Shown piece after piece: positions 38,294 to 46,843 of a DNA stretch of 64,000 bases. Each line of letters begins with the position of its first letter. The first letter of the stretch is position 1. The notes under the pieces are model-generated. The model was not told the DNA's origin and ran no database searches. It saw only the letters and a program-made list of their open reading frames with translations. Position numbers and translations under genes: made by a program. The stretch is from positions 2,109,326 to 2,173,325 of the forward strand of contig OY969108.1 of assembly GCA_963697965.1 (NCBI GenBank). Reading direction: 5' to 3'. Source of the DNA: an uncultured delta proteobacterium. GTDB taxonomy: Bacteria; Desulfobacterota; Desulfobaccia; Desulfobaccales; 0-14-0-80-60-11.

Positions 38294-39711
38294 CCATGAA
38301 TGTGACGCTGTTCGGACCTGAACTCTATTACTTGGGCCTGGCCCTGGTCTTTTTCTGCCTCAGCCTCAGGAGGACGCCCCGGGTCAAGACCGATTACCGG
38401 ATCGCCCTGGTTCTGGCCGGGGTGGGGATGCTGCTCACCGCTTGCTGCCTCTTTCAACATGGTTATCTTTTCTATAAAGCCTACCGGGTTGACCTTTTCA
38501 GCCAGATCTTCAAGTTCGCCCTGGCCCTGGGCCTCTTCCTGGTGCTCACCATCTCCCATGACCTGGCCCACATTGAGGAGCGCCAGCAGGCTGAATTTTA
38601 TCTGTTTCTCACCACCACTATTATCGGCATGATGCTGCTGGTCTCGGCGGTGGAACTCCTCACCATTTACGTGGCCCTGGAGCTCTCCTCCTATTCCCTC
38701 TACATCCTGGTGCCTCTGCGCCGGGGGGACGGCATCGACGTGGAGGCGGGCATCAAGTACCTGTTCATCGGCGCGGTCTCTTCCGGCTTCATGCTCTTCG
38801 GCCTGAGCTATATCTTTGGGGCCACCGGCACCACCTACCTGGCCGAGCTGGCGCCCAAATTGACCCAATTGACCCAAAGCCCCATCGGTCTCATCGGCCT
38901 GCTCCTGGCCATGTCCGGCTTCTTCTTCAAGCTGTCGGTCTTTCCCTTCCACTTCTGGGCCCCGGACGTTTACCAGGGCGCCGCCAATCAGGTGACCGCC
39001 TTCATCGCCACCGCCTCCAAGGTGGCCGCGGTGGCCCTGCTGCTGCGTTTCGCCGCCCTCGGGGCCGGCTACGGCTACGGCTTTACCAAGGCCCTCATGA
39101 TTCTCTCCATCGCCTCCATGACCCTGGGCAACCTGGTGGCCATTATTCAGAAAGACTTCAAGCGCATGCTGGCCTACTCCTCCATTGCCCACGCCGGCTA
39201 CTTTCTCATAGGGATCTTGACCTTGAGGGAGGCGGGCTACATCGCTGCCGTTTACTATGCCCTGGCTTACCTGGTGATGAACTTTACGGTGTTCATGGTC
39301 CTTTCGGAAGTGGCCGCGGACGGCCGGGATTTGAAGATTGTGGAGCTGGGCGGCCTCTACCAACGCAGTCCTTTGCTCAGCATGAACCTGATCCTGGGTA
39401 TCTTCGCCCTGGCGGGAGTACCCCCCTCCATCGGCTTCACCGGGAAGCTGCTGCTCTTCACCTCCGCCATGAACTCCGGCTATTTTTGGCTGGTGTTGAT
39501 CGGTGCGGTGAACGGCACCGTGTCCCTCTATTACTATCTGCGGGTGCTCTACGCCGCCTATTTCAAGGATGACCCCGGCCTGGGGCCGATAATCCTGAGC
39601 CTGCCCAGCCGCCTGCTGAACTACTCTCTGGCCGCGGTGATCATCGGCTTCGGCATCTTCCCGGACCGCATCGTGGAACTGGCCAAGACCGCGGTGCATT
39701 CCGTTCTCTGA
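38290..39711 (+). CDS. nuoN: Complex I-like subunit N
   Basis: EAGIKY, FKLSVFPFHFWAPDVYQGA, KRMLAYSSIAHAGY. Confidence 0.93.
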   Translation: MTMNVTLFGPELYYLGLALVFFCLSLRRTPRVKTDYRIALVLAGVGMLLTACCLFQHGYLFYKAYRVDLFSQIFKFALALGLFLVLTISHDLAHIEERQQAEFYLFLTTTIIGMMLLVSAVELLTIYVALELSSYSLYILVPLRRGDGIDVEAGIKYLFIGAVSSGFMLFGLSYIFGATGTTYLAELAPKLTQLTQSPIGLIGLLLAMSGFFFKLSVFPFHFWAPDVYQGAANQVTAFIATASKVAAVALLLRFAALGAGYGYGFTKALMILSIASMTLGNLVAIIQKDFKRMLAYSSIAHAGYFLIGILTLREAGYIAAVYYALAYLVMNFTVFMVLSEVAADGRDLKIVELGGLYQRSPLLSMNLILGIFALAGVPPSIGFTGKLLLFTSAMNSGYFWLVLIGAVNGTVSLYYYLRVLYAAYFKDDPGLGPIILSLPSRLLNYSLAAVIIGFGIFPDRIVELAKTAVHSVL

Positions 39712-39714
39712 GTT

Positions 39715-39740
39715 GTAGGGGCGGACCCGTGTGTCCGCCC
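39715..39740 (+). repeat. GTAG-type REP palindrome
   Basis: gtag-gggcggac-ccgtgt-gtccgccc. Confidence 0.6.
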
Positions 39741-39757
39741 TTATTTCCGGGTTCCCA

Positions 39758-39800
39758 TAAAAAAGCCGCCTTTCCCGGAGGAAGGCGGCTTCACTTTTTG
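39758..39800. terminator. Bidirectional intrinsic terminator
   Basis: A-run, then stem aagccgcctt/aaggcggctt, then cactttttg; between convergent genes. Confidence 0.75.
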
Positions 39801-39844
39801 GGGATAACCATCAGCCCCGGCCCCGGCCAGGGAACCCGTCACCT

Positions 39845-40882
39845 TCAGGACGGGGCAAAGGGAGCGCCCCTCCGGAAATTTTCCAGGTCAATGTTGGCTG
39901 ACCTGAGCCAGCGGTACGTGGTCCTGGTGCAGACCTCGAGACGCCGGGACAGTTCGGAGATATTGCCCTGCTCCTCATCAAGGAGCTCCACCAGCCGTCC
40001 CCGGCTGGGCCGGATGGCCGCCTTCACATCGCTGCCCCCATTGTGGCCCGGCTCCCCCGCAGCGCCGCGTGAGGGCAAATGAATATCCTCCCCACAGATG
40101 TAGCGGCCGCTGTGCAGCAGGACTGCCCGGGTGACCGCGTTTTTCAACTCCCGGACGTTGCCGGGCCAGCTATACGCTTCCAGGCGGCGCCAGGCGGCGG
40201 CGTTAAACTCCGGCGTCCCGGTGCGGCCTTGACGCCGGGCCGCCTCCCGGGCGAAGTGCCGGGCCAGCAGGGCAATATCCTCGCCCCGCTCCCGGAGCGG
40301 CGGCAGGTTGATCTCCAGCACCGCCAGGCGGTCGTAGAGGTCCTGGCGGAAATAGCCCTGGGCAATCCTTGCCTGCAAATCTTGATTGGTGGCGGCCACC
40401 AGGCGCACGTCCACCTTCACCACCGCATCCCCGCCCACCGGCTCAATCTCCCCCTGCTCCACCGCCCGCAGCAACTTGGGTTGCACCGACAGAGGCAACT
40501 CCCCGATCTCGTCTAAGAACAGGGTGCCGCCGTGGGCCTGTCGAAACTTGCCCAGCCGGGAGCTGCGGGCGTCGGTAAAGGCCCCCCGCAGGTGGCCGAA
40601 GAGTTCACTGCCCGCCAGGGTTTCCGTCAGGGCGGCGCAATTGATTAGCTGGCAAGGCCGCCGCTCCGGATTCAGGGCGAAGATGGCCCGGGCCACCAGT
40701 TCTTTCCCGGTCCCGGGTTCTCCGCTCAGCATGATGGGGAGATCGAACCGGGCACAGGCAGGAAGCCGGGAAAGGATTAGAAGGAGAGCAGGGTCCTGGG
40801 TGATGATCTCGGATAATTCCGGCGGTTCCGGCCGTGGATTTGCTGCCAGGCCCAAATGCAGAGGAGCATTGGTCCTTCTCAT
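39845..40882 (-). CDS. Sigma-54 enhancer-binding protein (AAA + HTH) lacking an N-terminal regulatory domain
   Basis: GEPGTGKE, ELFGHLRGAFTDA, GTLFLDEIGE, FRQDLYDRL, WPGNVREL, C-terminal HTH; RBS AGGAGG. Confidence 0.9.
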   Translation of the reverse strand: MRRTNAPLHLGLAANPRPEPPELSEIITQDPALLLILSRLPACARFDLPIMLSGEPGTGKELVARAIFALNPERRPCQLINCAALTETLAGSELFGHLRGAFTDARSSRLGKFRQAHGGTLFLDEIGELPLSVQPKLLRAVEQGEIEPVGGDAVVKVDVRLVAATNQDLQARIAQGYFRQDLYDRLAVLEINLPPLRERGEDIALLARHFAREAARRQGRTGTPEFNAAAWRRLEAYSWPGNVRELKNAVTRAVLLHSGRYICGEDIHLPSRGAAGEPGHNGGSDVKAAIRPSRGRLVELLDEEQGNISELSRRLEVCTRTTYRWLRSANIDLENFRRGAPFAPS

Positions 40883-41038
40883 GGGATTAGCACCTCCTTG
40901 TGCTGATCTCTCCGGCTGCTGGAATGGACCGGAGAACCCCCCTTCATCCCGATGGCCGCCATGGGGGACCGGGGGAGCCCTTCTCCGACTCCCCCTTGTT
41001 TATTAGACCATTAATAAAAGCTGTTAAAAGAAAAAATA

Positions 41039-41539
41039 TTATTTTTTAGTTATTCCCGACAGTATCTCCTCGGCGGTGCGCCGCACCTCCCCGTGCTGGC
41101 CGGTGAGGGCCAGGACCTGCAGCTGGCCCTTGAACCCCTGCTGCTCTACCCGGCTGCGGCTCCCCACCTGGGACGCCATGGCGCCCAAGACGTCCTGCAC
41201 CACCGCGGGGTCCGGATAATCCAGCAGCCGGGTCAGCGCCCCCCACTCCCCCGGCAGGCCGTATTCCTCCAGGAACTTCCTGGCACAGGAGGCAAATCTC
41301 TTGGTACCATGGCTTGCCTCCAATTCCCGCAGGTCTTTTTGATACTCCGGCTTGGCCCGCTTGCCTTGGAACAGGGCCTCGGCCTGGGCCAATGCCTGCA
41401 GGCGGATCATTTCCGACTGCTTCTCCGGGAGACGGGGCTCCCGGCGGGGCCGCGCTCCGCCCGACCGGTCCCGGCGCTGGTCTATCTCCCTCCAACTGGG
41501 GCGTTCTCTCTCGTCATCTGATGGAGGACACATGTTCAC
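41039..41539 (-). CDS. Conserved-type hypothetical protein (SWREIDQRRDRS motif)
   Basis: RBS AAGGAG; helical charged protein in operon context. Confidence 0.7.
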   Translation of the reverse strand: MNMCPPSDDERERPSWREIDQRRDRSGGARPRREPRLPEKQSEMIRLQALAQAEALFQGKRAKPEYQKDLRELEASHGTKRFASCARKFLEEYGLPGEWGALTRLLDYPDPAVVQDVLGAMASQVGSRSRVEQQGFKGQLQVLALTGQHGEVRRTAEEILSGITKK

Positions 41540-41585
41540 TCCTTAATCTTGCCAATGATGATTCTCCGAAAACCGAAAACCGCTT

Positions 41586-42878
41586 CTAGAAGGTCCAGTT
41601 GGGGTGCCGGGCGGCCACTTCAAGAAGATAATCCCAGATCCAGTCACGGATAGCCGGGGCCAGGTAAAACTTGGGCCATAATAAATTATCCTCAGGTTTT
41701 ACCACTCCTTCCTCCAGAGCCAGGCGGTGCAGGGGGAGCCCCGGGTGGATGCGGATGCCGGCCTTGACGCTCACCATCCTCGGTTGGAAGGCCTCCAGGA
41801 AGGCGACGCTCTCCTGGACGGTCTCCCGGGTTTCGCCGGGGCCGCCCAGCAGCAGGAAGCAGGTGAAGGGGAGGCCCGCTGCTTTAAGCAGTTTCAGGGT
41901 GCGCTCCACCTGCTTCAATTCGAATCCCTTGCCCAGGCGGTTCAACATCAGTTCCGAGCCGCTTTCGTTGCCCACCTGCACCATGACGCCGCCCGACGCC
42001 CCGATGAGCTCGAACAATTCCCGATCCGGAAAGGCCGGATTGATCAGGCAGCCCCATTCCAGGGGAAGCCGTAGGGCGGCGATGGCCCGGCAGAGGCGCC
42101 GGCCGTAATCCACAGGACAATTAAAGATATTATCCACGAAAAAAAAACGATTCAGACCCCACTTCCCATGCCAGGCCGCCAGCCAGGAGGCCACCTGCTC
42201 CGGCGCCCAGCCCCGGGTCCGGGCCCCTTCCAGGAGCGGGGTGCTGCAGTAGATGCACCTCATGGGGCAGCCCCGGCGGCTCTGCACCGGGATCATGCCT
42301 GGCAGCCCGGCGCTTCCCCGGGTATCCTGATACCGGCGCGGGGTAAAATATTCGAGGGCCGGAGACGGCAGCAGCTCGAGCCTCCGGACGGGCTGGCGCC
42401 GGTTCAGCTTGGGGCCGCCCTCCTGGCGCCAGATCAAGCCTGGAACCTGGTCCCATTTCTTTTCAGGAAAGGACTCCAAGAAATTTACCAGGAATTCCCC
42501 TTCCCCCACCATGCCGAAATCGGCCCCGGTGAAATCCATGAATTCCAGGGGCGCCACCGAAAAACCCGCCCCTCCCAGTATCACCGGGGCCGGACTGATC
42601 CCCCGCAAGTGTTGCACCAGGTCTCTCACGTCGGGGAAATAGCTTTCCGGCTGGCGGCTGTCCTGGTTGTCAATGTTTCTGACCGAGATGCCGATAAGTT
42701 CCGGACGCAGCTCCGCCACTGCCCGGTCCACCTGGGTCAGGGGGGCCTCGGCAAACATGAAATCGAGAACCCTGACTTCATGCTCCGAGCCCACGGCGGC
42801 CACCACTGCGGCCAGGCCCAGGGGCAGCGGCAGGAAGACGAGGCGGCAGCGGTTGCTGGAAATGAACAGGAGGCGCAT
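41586..42878 (-). CDS. B12-binding domain radical SAM protein
   Basis: Start reassigned to MRLLFISS; PLGLAAV, IGISVRNIDN, RGCPMRCIYC (CxxxCxxC). Confidence 0.9.
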   Translation of the reverse strand: MRLLFISSNRCRLVFLPLPLGLAAVVAAVGSEHEVRVLDFMFAEAPLTQVDRAVAELRPELIGISVRNIDNQDSRQPESYFPDVRDLVQHLRGISPAPVILGGAGFSVAPLEFMDFTGADFGMVGEGEFLVNFLESFPEKKWDQVPGLIWRQEGGPKLNRRQPVRRLELLPSPALEYFTPRRYQDTRGSAGLPGMIPVQSRRGCPMRCIYCSTPLLEGARTRGWAPEQVASWLAAWHGKWGLNRFFFVDNIFNCPVDYGRRLCRAIAALRLPLEWGCLINPAFPDRELFELIGASGGVMVQVGNESGSELMLNRLGKGFELKQVERTLKLLKAAGLPFTCFLLLGGPGETRETVQESVAFLEAFQPRMVSVKAGIRIHPGLPLHRLALEEGVVKPEDNLLWPKFYLAPAIRDWIWDYLLEVAARHPNWTF

Positions 42879-43033
42879 TCTTTGGGTGGCCCAGGCGTCT
42901 CGCCCAGTGGCACAGGGGTCTCGCCTGTGCCTCAATCATTTAATGATTCATTAACCGGGATGAAAAAAGCGGTCCAATTTTTAACTAGCCTGAAACCCGT
43001 GCAATCTTAGGTTCATTACCTGCGCCCTCAAAA

Positions 43034-43657
43034 CTAGTCGGTGACTGGCCGGTCTGTCCGGAGAATCTCCTTCACCACCAGTCCCATGAGGCCCAGCACC
43101 GCGTCCAGTTGCCAGAAGCGATCCAGATGTGACGGCACCGTAAAGGACACCTGGGCCGGAAATTCCTCATCCGCCTCCCAAAGGATCACTTCCACGGTCA
43201 GTCCCGGAAAGGGATGGAAGGCCAAGGCTCCGTCACTGCTGGCGCGCCTTTCTGCACCCAGGAGGCGTCCGGCCCCGAGGAATCCGGATAGATCCCTACC
43301 AAACCGTTCTTCCAAGGGGGCGCTGGGAATCGCATGAGGCCCCTGGCTTTGGAAAAAGGTGGTGGCGCCAGGCAGTTCCAAGGGGCTGAGGGGCGCCCCC
43401 AGCTCCGCGGTATCGACATAAAGCAAATAAAACAAGGTAATCAGGCAGAAGCGGAAGCCGGGTTCCTCCTCCGCTGCGGCCGCCCTAAACACCCGTTGTC
43501 GATCCATATCCACCACGGCTTCCTGATTAAAGAATGGGAAGCGGAAGACGTTCTGGTGGCGCCGGACACCGGTGCGCCGGGCAATGTCCTCTTGGTCGGC
43601 ATGACGCAGGTCATGCCAAAATTCCTCATTAACTGCGGCGCATTGGTTATAGAGCAT
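43034..43657 (-). CDS. DUF3786-like protein
   Basis: LELPGATTFF, LWEADEEFPAQVSF; typical size and composition. Confidence 0.75.
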   Translation of the reverse strand: MLYNQCAAVNEEFWHDLRHADQEDIARRTGVRRHQNVFRFPFFNQEAVVDMDRQRVFRAAAAEEEPGFRFCLITLFYLLYVDTAELGAPLSPLELPGATTFFQSQGPHAIPSAPLEERFGRDLSGFLGAGRLLGAERRASSDGALAFHPFPGLTVEVILWEADEEFPAQVSFTVPSHLDRFWQLDAVLGLMGLVVKEILRTDRPVTD

Positions 43658-43682
43658 GCTTGAATCTCATTGGCCCATGATC

Positions 43683-44264
43683 CTAATCAGTTAAATCAGA
43701 GGGCTCGCCGTGAAAGAGGTTCTGGGCTGCGGCCCGCCCTTCCCGGACCAGGGTGTCCACCGCCCGGGCGGCCCGCTCGATGAAACGGGCCACGTTTTCC
43801 GCGTCCGCCGCCGGGAAAGGGGACAAAACATAGCCCTCTCCGGGCATCGCCGCCGGCGGCCGGTCGATGCCCATCTTCACCCGGAGGAATTCCTCGCTGT
43901 GCAGCCGCTCGATGATGGAGAGGACCCCCCGATGACCGCCGGCGCCGCCCCGCTCCACGATCTTGAGACGCCAGCGCGGCAGGTCCAGGTCATCGTGAAT
44001 CACCACGAGGCGGTCCGGGGTGAGTTTAAAGTAGGAGAGCAGGAGGGAGACCGCCTGGCCGCTGAGATTCATATAGGTGGTGGGTTGGGCCAGGACCACC
44101 CGCTCCTCCCCTACCCTGCCCTGGCTCCAAACCGACTCCAGGCTCTTCTTATTCAGGGGAATCCCCCAGTATTCCGACAGGTAGGCCACCACCTGCCAGC
44201 CCAGGTTGTGCCTGGTCCAGGCATACTCCCGGCCGGGATTTCCCAAACCCACGATGAGGCGCAT
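43683..44264 (-). CDS. pth: Peptidyl-tRNA hydrolase
   Basis: LIVGLGNPG, TRHNLG, TYMNLSG, HDDLD, GGHRG. Confidence 0.96.
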   Translation of the reverse strand: MRLIVGLGNPGREYAWTRHNLGWQVVAYLSEYWGIPLNKKSLESVWSQGRVGEERVVLAQPTTYMNLSGQAVSLLLSYFKLTPDRLVVIHDDLDLPRWRLKIVERGGAGGHRGVLSIIERLHSEEFLRVKMGIDRPPAAMPGEGYVLSPFPAADAENVARFIERAARAVDTLVREGRAAAQNLFHGEPSDLTD

Positions 44265-44275
44265 ATCAGTTTTTT

Positions 44276-44444
44276 ATAGTGAGCAGTGAGCAGTGAGCAG
44301 TGAGCAGTGAGCAGTGAGCAGTGACAACCTAAACCTGTCCCTGCCATAATACCATTAGGGCAAATCATGTTAAAGAGCGGAGAGCATCTCAACCAAAAAT
44401 ATGATTCTTTCTAGCTGATGGCTGAAAGCTGACGGCTGATAGCT
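44276..44444 (+). repeat. ~170-bp heptamer-armed hairpin element, copy 1
   Basis: (AGTGAGC)x6, conserved core aaatcatgttaaagagcggagagcatctcaaccaaaaat, then (GCTGnnn)x4. Confidence 0.85.
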
Positions 44445-44447
44445 ACA

Positions 44448-44586
44448 ATAGAGCAGTGAGCAGCGACAAACTAAACCTATCTATGGCATAACAGGCTTGG
44501 GAAAATCATGTTAAAGAGCGGAGAGCATCTCAACCAAAAATATAATTCTTTTTAGCTGATTGCTGAAAGCTGAGAGCTGATAGCTC
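44448..44586 (+). repeat. Heptamer-armed hairpin element, copy 2 (tandem, shorter 5' arm)
   Basis: Core nearly identical to copy 1; same 3' heptamer arm. Confidence 0.85.
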
Positions 44587-44587
44587 T

Positions 44588-45523
44588 TTATACAAACAGA
44601 GAACTGACTGAATCAAAGTCGTGGATGCGCTTGATGGCTTCTCCCAGGAGAGGCGCCACTGACAGAACCCGGATCTTATCCAGGGCGGCAGCCTCCGGGC
44701 TCAGGGGAATGGTGTCGGTCACCGCCAGGGACTGGACCAGAGAGCCCTGGATGTTGCTCACCGCGTGGCGGGACATGACCGGGTGCGTGACGCAGGCGTG
44801 GACGGTGCGCACCCCGTGGCGTATCAGCAGTTCCGCGGCCATGGTCAGGGTGGCCCCGCTGGTGATCATGTCGTCCAGGATGATGGCCTCCTTGCCCCAG
44901 ACGTTGCCGATGAGGGTCATGGCCTTGATGGCGCCGGCGTCCCTGCGTTTGTCGATGATGGCCAGGGAGGTGTTGAGGCGTTTGGCGAAGGCCCGGGCCC
45001 GCTCCACCCCGCCGGAGTCCGGGGAGACCACCACCACATCCGGGCTAAAATTCTCCCGGATATACTCGAGGGTCACCGGCGCCGCGTACAGATGGTCCAC
45101 GGGGATGTCGAAAAATCCCTGGATCTGGCCGGAGTGCAGATCCATGGTGAGCATCCGGTTGGCCCCGGCGGTGGTGATGAGATCGGCCACCAGCTTGGCG
45201 GAAATGGGGGTCCGGGGCGCGGTCTTGCGGTCCTGGCGGGCATAGGCGAAATAGGTCACCACCGCGGTGACGCAACGGGCCGAGGCCCTCTTCAAAGCGT
45301 CCATCATGATCAGCAATTCCATGAGGTTCTCATTGCAGGGCATGGCGGTGGGCTGGATGATGTACACATCTTTGCCGCGGACGTTCTCCTCGAACTCCAC
45401 CGAGATCTCCCCGTCGGAGAAGCGTCGCACAGTGGCCTCCCCCAGGGGAATCCCCAGGTAGCTGCAAATATTTTCCGCCAGAGGCCGGTTGGCGTTGCCC
45501 GTGAAAATTTTCAGGTCATCCAT
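44588..45523 (-). CDS. prs: Ribose-phosphate pyrophosphokinase
   Basis: [44 protein letters not shown]. Confidence 0.96.
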   Translation of the reverse strand: MDDLKIFTGNANRPLAENICSYLGIPLGEATVRRFSDGEISVEFEENVRGKDVYIIQPTAMPCNENLMELLIMMDALKRASARCVTAVVTYFAYARQDRKTAPRTPISAKLVADLITTAGANRMLTMDLHSGQIQGFFDIPVDHLYAAPVTLEYIRENFSPDVVVVSPDSGGVERARAFAKRLNTSLAIIDKRRDAGAIKAMTLIGNVWGKEAIILDDMITSGATLTMAAELLIRHGVRTVHACVTHPVMSRHAVSNIQGSLVQSLAVTDTIPLSPEAAALDKIRVLSVAPLLGEAIKRIHDFDSVSSLFV

Positions 45524-46380
45524 AGACGACGCTCCCTGGCGTTATCGGTTTCCAGGCCGGTGAGACCCTGGGTGGCCGCCAGCCATCCCGGAAACGACCG
45601 GCGCAATACCCGGGCCGCTTCCCGAGCCGCCTCCCAGGTGGCGAAGATCCCGAAGACGGTGGGTCCGCTGCCGGAGACGGACTGAGTGACAGCTCCCGCT
45701 TCCCTCAGCCTGGCCTGCAGTTCGGCCAGCTCCGGGAAGCGGCGGACGGCCACCTCGCCCAGGTCGTTCTCGACCCAGTGCTCCGGATGCTCCGGGTCCC
45801 AGGACTGGGGTAGCGGCGCCTCGGACAATCCGTCCAGGTCCAGGTTTTCATATACCCAGCGGGTGGAAAGGGCCACGCCGGGATTGACCAGCAGATAGTT
45901 ATAAGGCGGCAAACTCAGGGGGCTGAGTTCGGTGCCGATGCCCCGGCCCACCGCCGGCCCCCGCCCCAGGAAAAACGGCACGTCGACCCCCAGGCGGCAT
46001 GCCAGCGAGTGCAGCCGCAGTCCCTTAAGGGGGGAGCCGTACAGGAGGTTCAGGGCTTGCAAGGCGCCGGCCGCGTCACTGGAGCCGCCCCCCAGACCCG
46101 CGGCCACCGGAATCCTTTTTTCCAACTCAAGGCGCGCCGCCACCCGTATCCCGGTCTCCTCCTGGAAGCCTTGGGCCGCCCGCCACACCAGGTTCTCCGG
46201 CCCCTGGGGCACGTCCGGGTGGTCACAAACGAAGCTCAGGGTGTCGCCGCCTAAGGTGACCGTCAATCGGTCTCCCAAACTCAGCGGCTGCATCACGGTC
46301 ACCAGCTCGTGGTAGCCGTCGGTCCGCCGCCCCAAAACCCGGAGATAGAGGTTGATCTTGGCCGGGCAGTGCACCCGCAC
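45511..46380 (-). CDS. ispE: 4-diphosphocytidyl-2-C-methyl-D-erythritol kinase
   Basis: [42 protein letters not shown]. Confidence 0.96.
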   Translation of the reverse strand: MRVHCPAKINLYLRVLGRRTDGYHELVTVMQPLSLGDRLTVTLGGDTLSFVCDHPDVPQGPENLVWRAAQGFQEETGIRVAARLELEKRIPVAAGLGGGSSDAAGALQALNLLYGSPLKGLRLHSLACRLGVDVPFFLGRGPAVGRGIGTELSPLSLPPYNYLLVNPGVALSTRWVYENLDLDGLSEAPLPQSWDPEHPEHWVENDLGEVAVRRFPELAELQARLREAGAVTQSVSGSGPTVFGIFATWEAAREAARVLRRSFPGWLAATQGLTGLETDNARERRLWMT

Positions 46381-46400
46381 TCCTCCCCCCGATCCCCTAA

Positions 46401-46808
46401 TCAGCCCACCCCCTTGATATATGCCATGCGCAGGTCATAAAGAAGATGTTCAAACAGGTTATCCTCCTCCTGGTCCAGATTGTTCCGGGTCTTTTCCCGG
46501 AGCACCCCCAGAAGGTCAATGGCCTGTTTGGCCAGGGGCAGGTTTTTTTCCTGCTTCCCGGTGTTGGGGTCGGGAATGGCTCCCAGATGCATGAAAGCCG
46601 TGGAACTGAGGGAGAAGATCAGGGAGGCGAAAGTGACTTCCGGGCCGGCGGCCCCGCCGGCAGCCTTTTGGCCCGCCTCTTGAAAGGCCTGCTCCTGGGA
46701 ACTCCTGGCCTCCTGCTCCTTGGCCTTCTCTTCCTCACTCATCTGGTGAAAACGCCGATCCTTGACGGTATAACCCTTATCTTCGGACTTATCTTCGGAA
46801 TCAGGCAT
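46401..46808 (-). CDS. DUF1844 domain protein
   Basis: HLGAIPDP...LAKQAIDLL..L.EKTRNNL..EE...LYDLRMAY; start MPDSE after GGAGG. Confidence 0.85.
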   Translation of the reverse strand: MPDSEDKSEDKGYTVKDRRFHQMSEEEKAKEQEARSSQEQAFQEAGQKAAGGAAGPEVTFASLIFSLSSTAFMHLGAIPDPNTGKQEKNLPLAKQAIDLLGVLREKTRNNLDQEEDNLFEHLLYDLRMAYIKGVG

Positions 46809-46843
46809 GGCCACCTCCACCATAGCGTCATGTCCAAGATCGG

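Noticed and set aside
38161-39699. 512-aa antisense ORF, and similar long shadow ORFs (28082-29422, 47234-48712, 48454-49620, 16392-17291)
   Set aside because: They lie exactly opposite well-supported genes; high-GC codon bias suppresses antisense stops; no recognisable motifs
45500-45540. Expected tRNA-Gln between ispE and prs
   Set aside because: The genes overlap; I saw no cloverleaf or TTCGA T-loop in any intergenic region of the window
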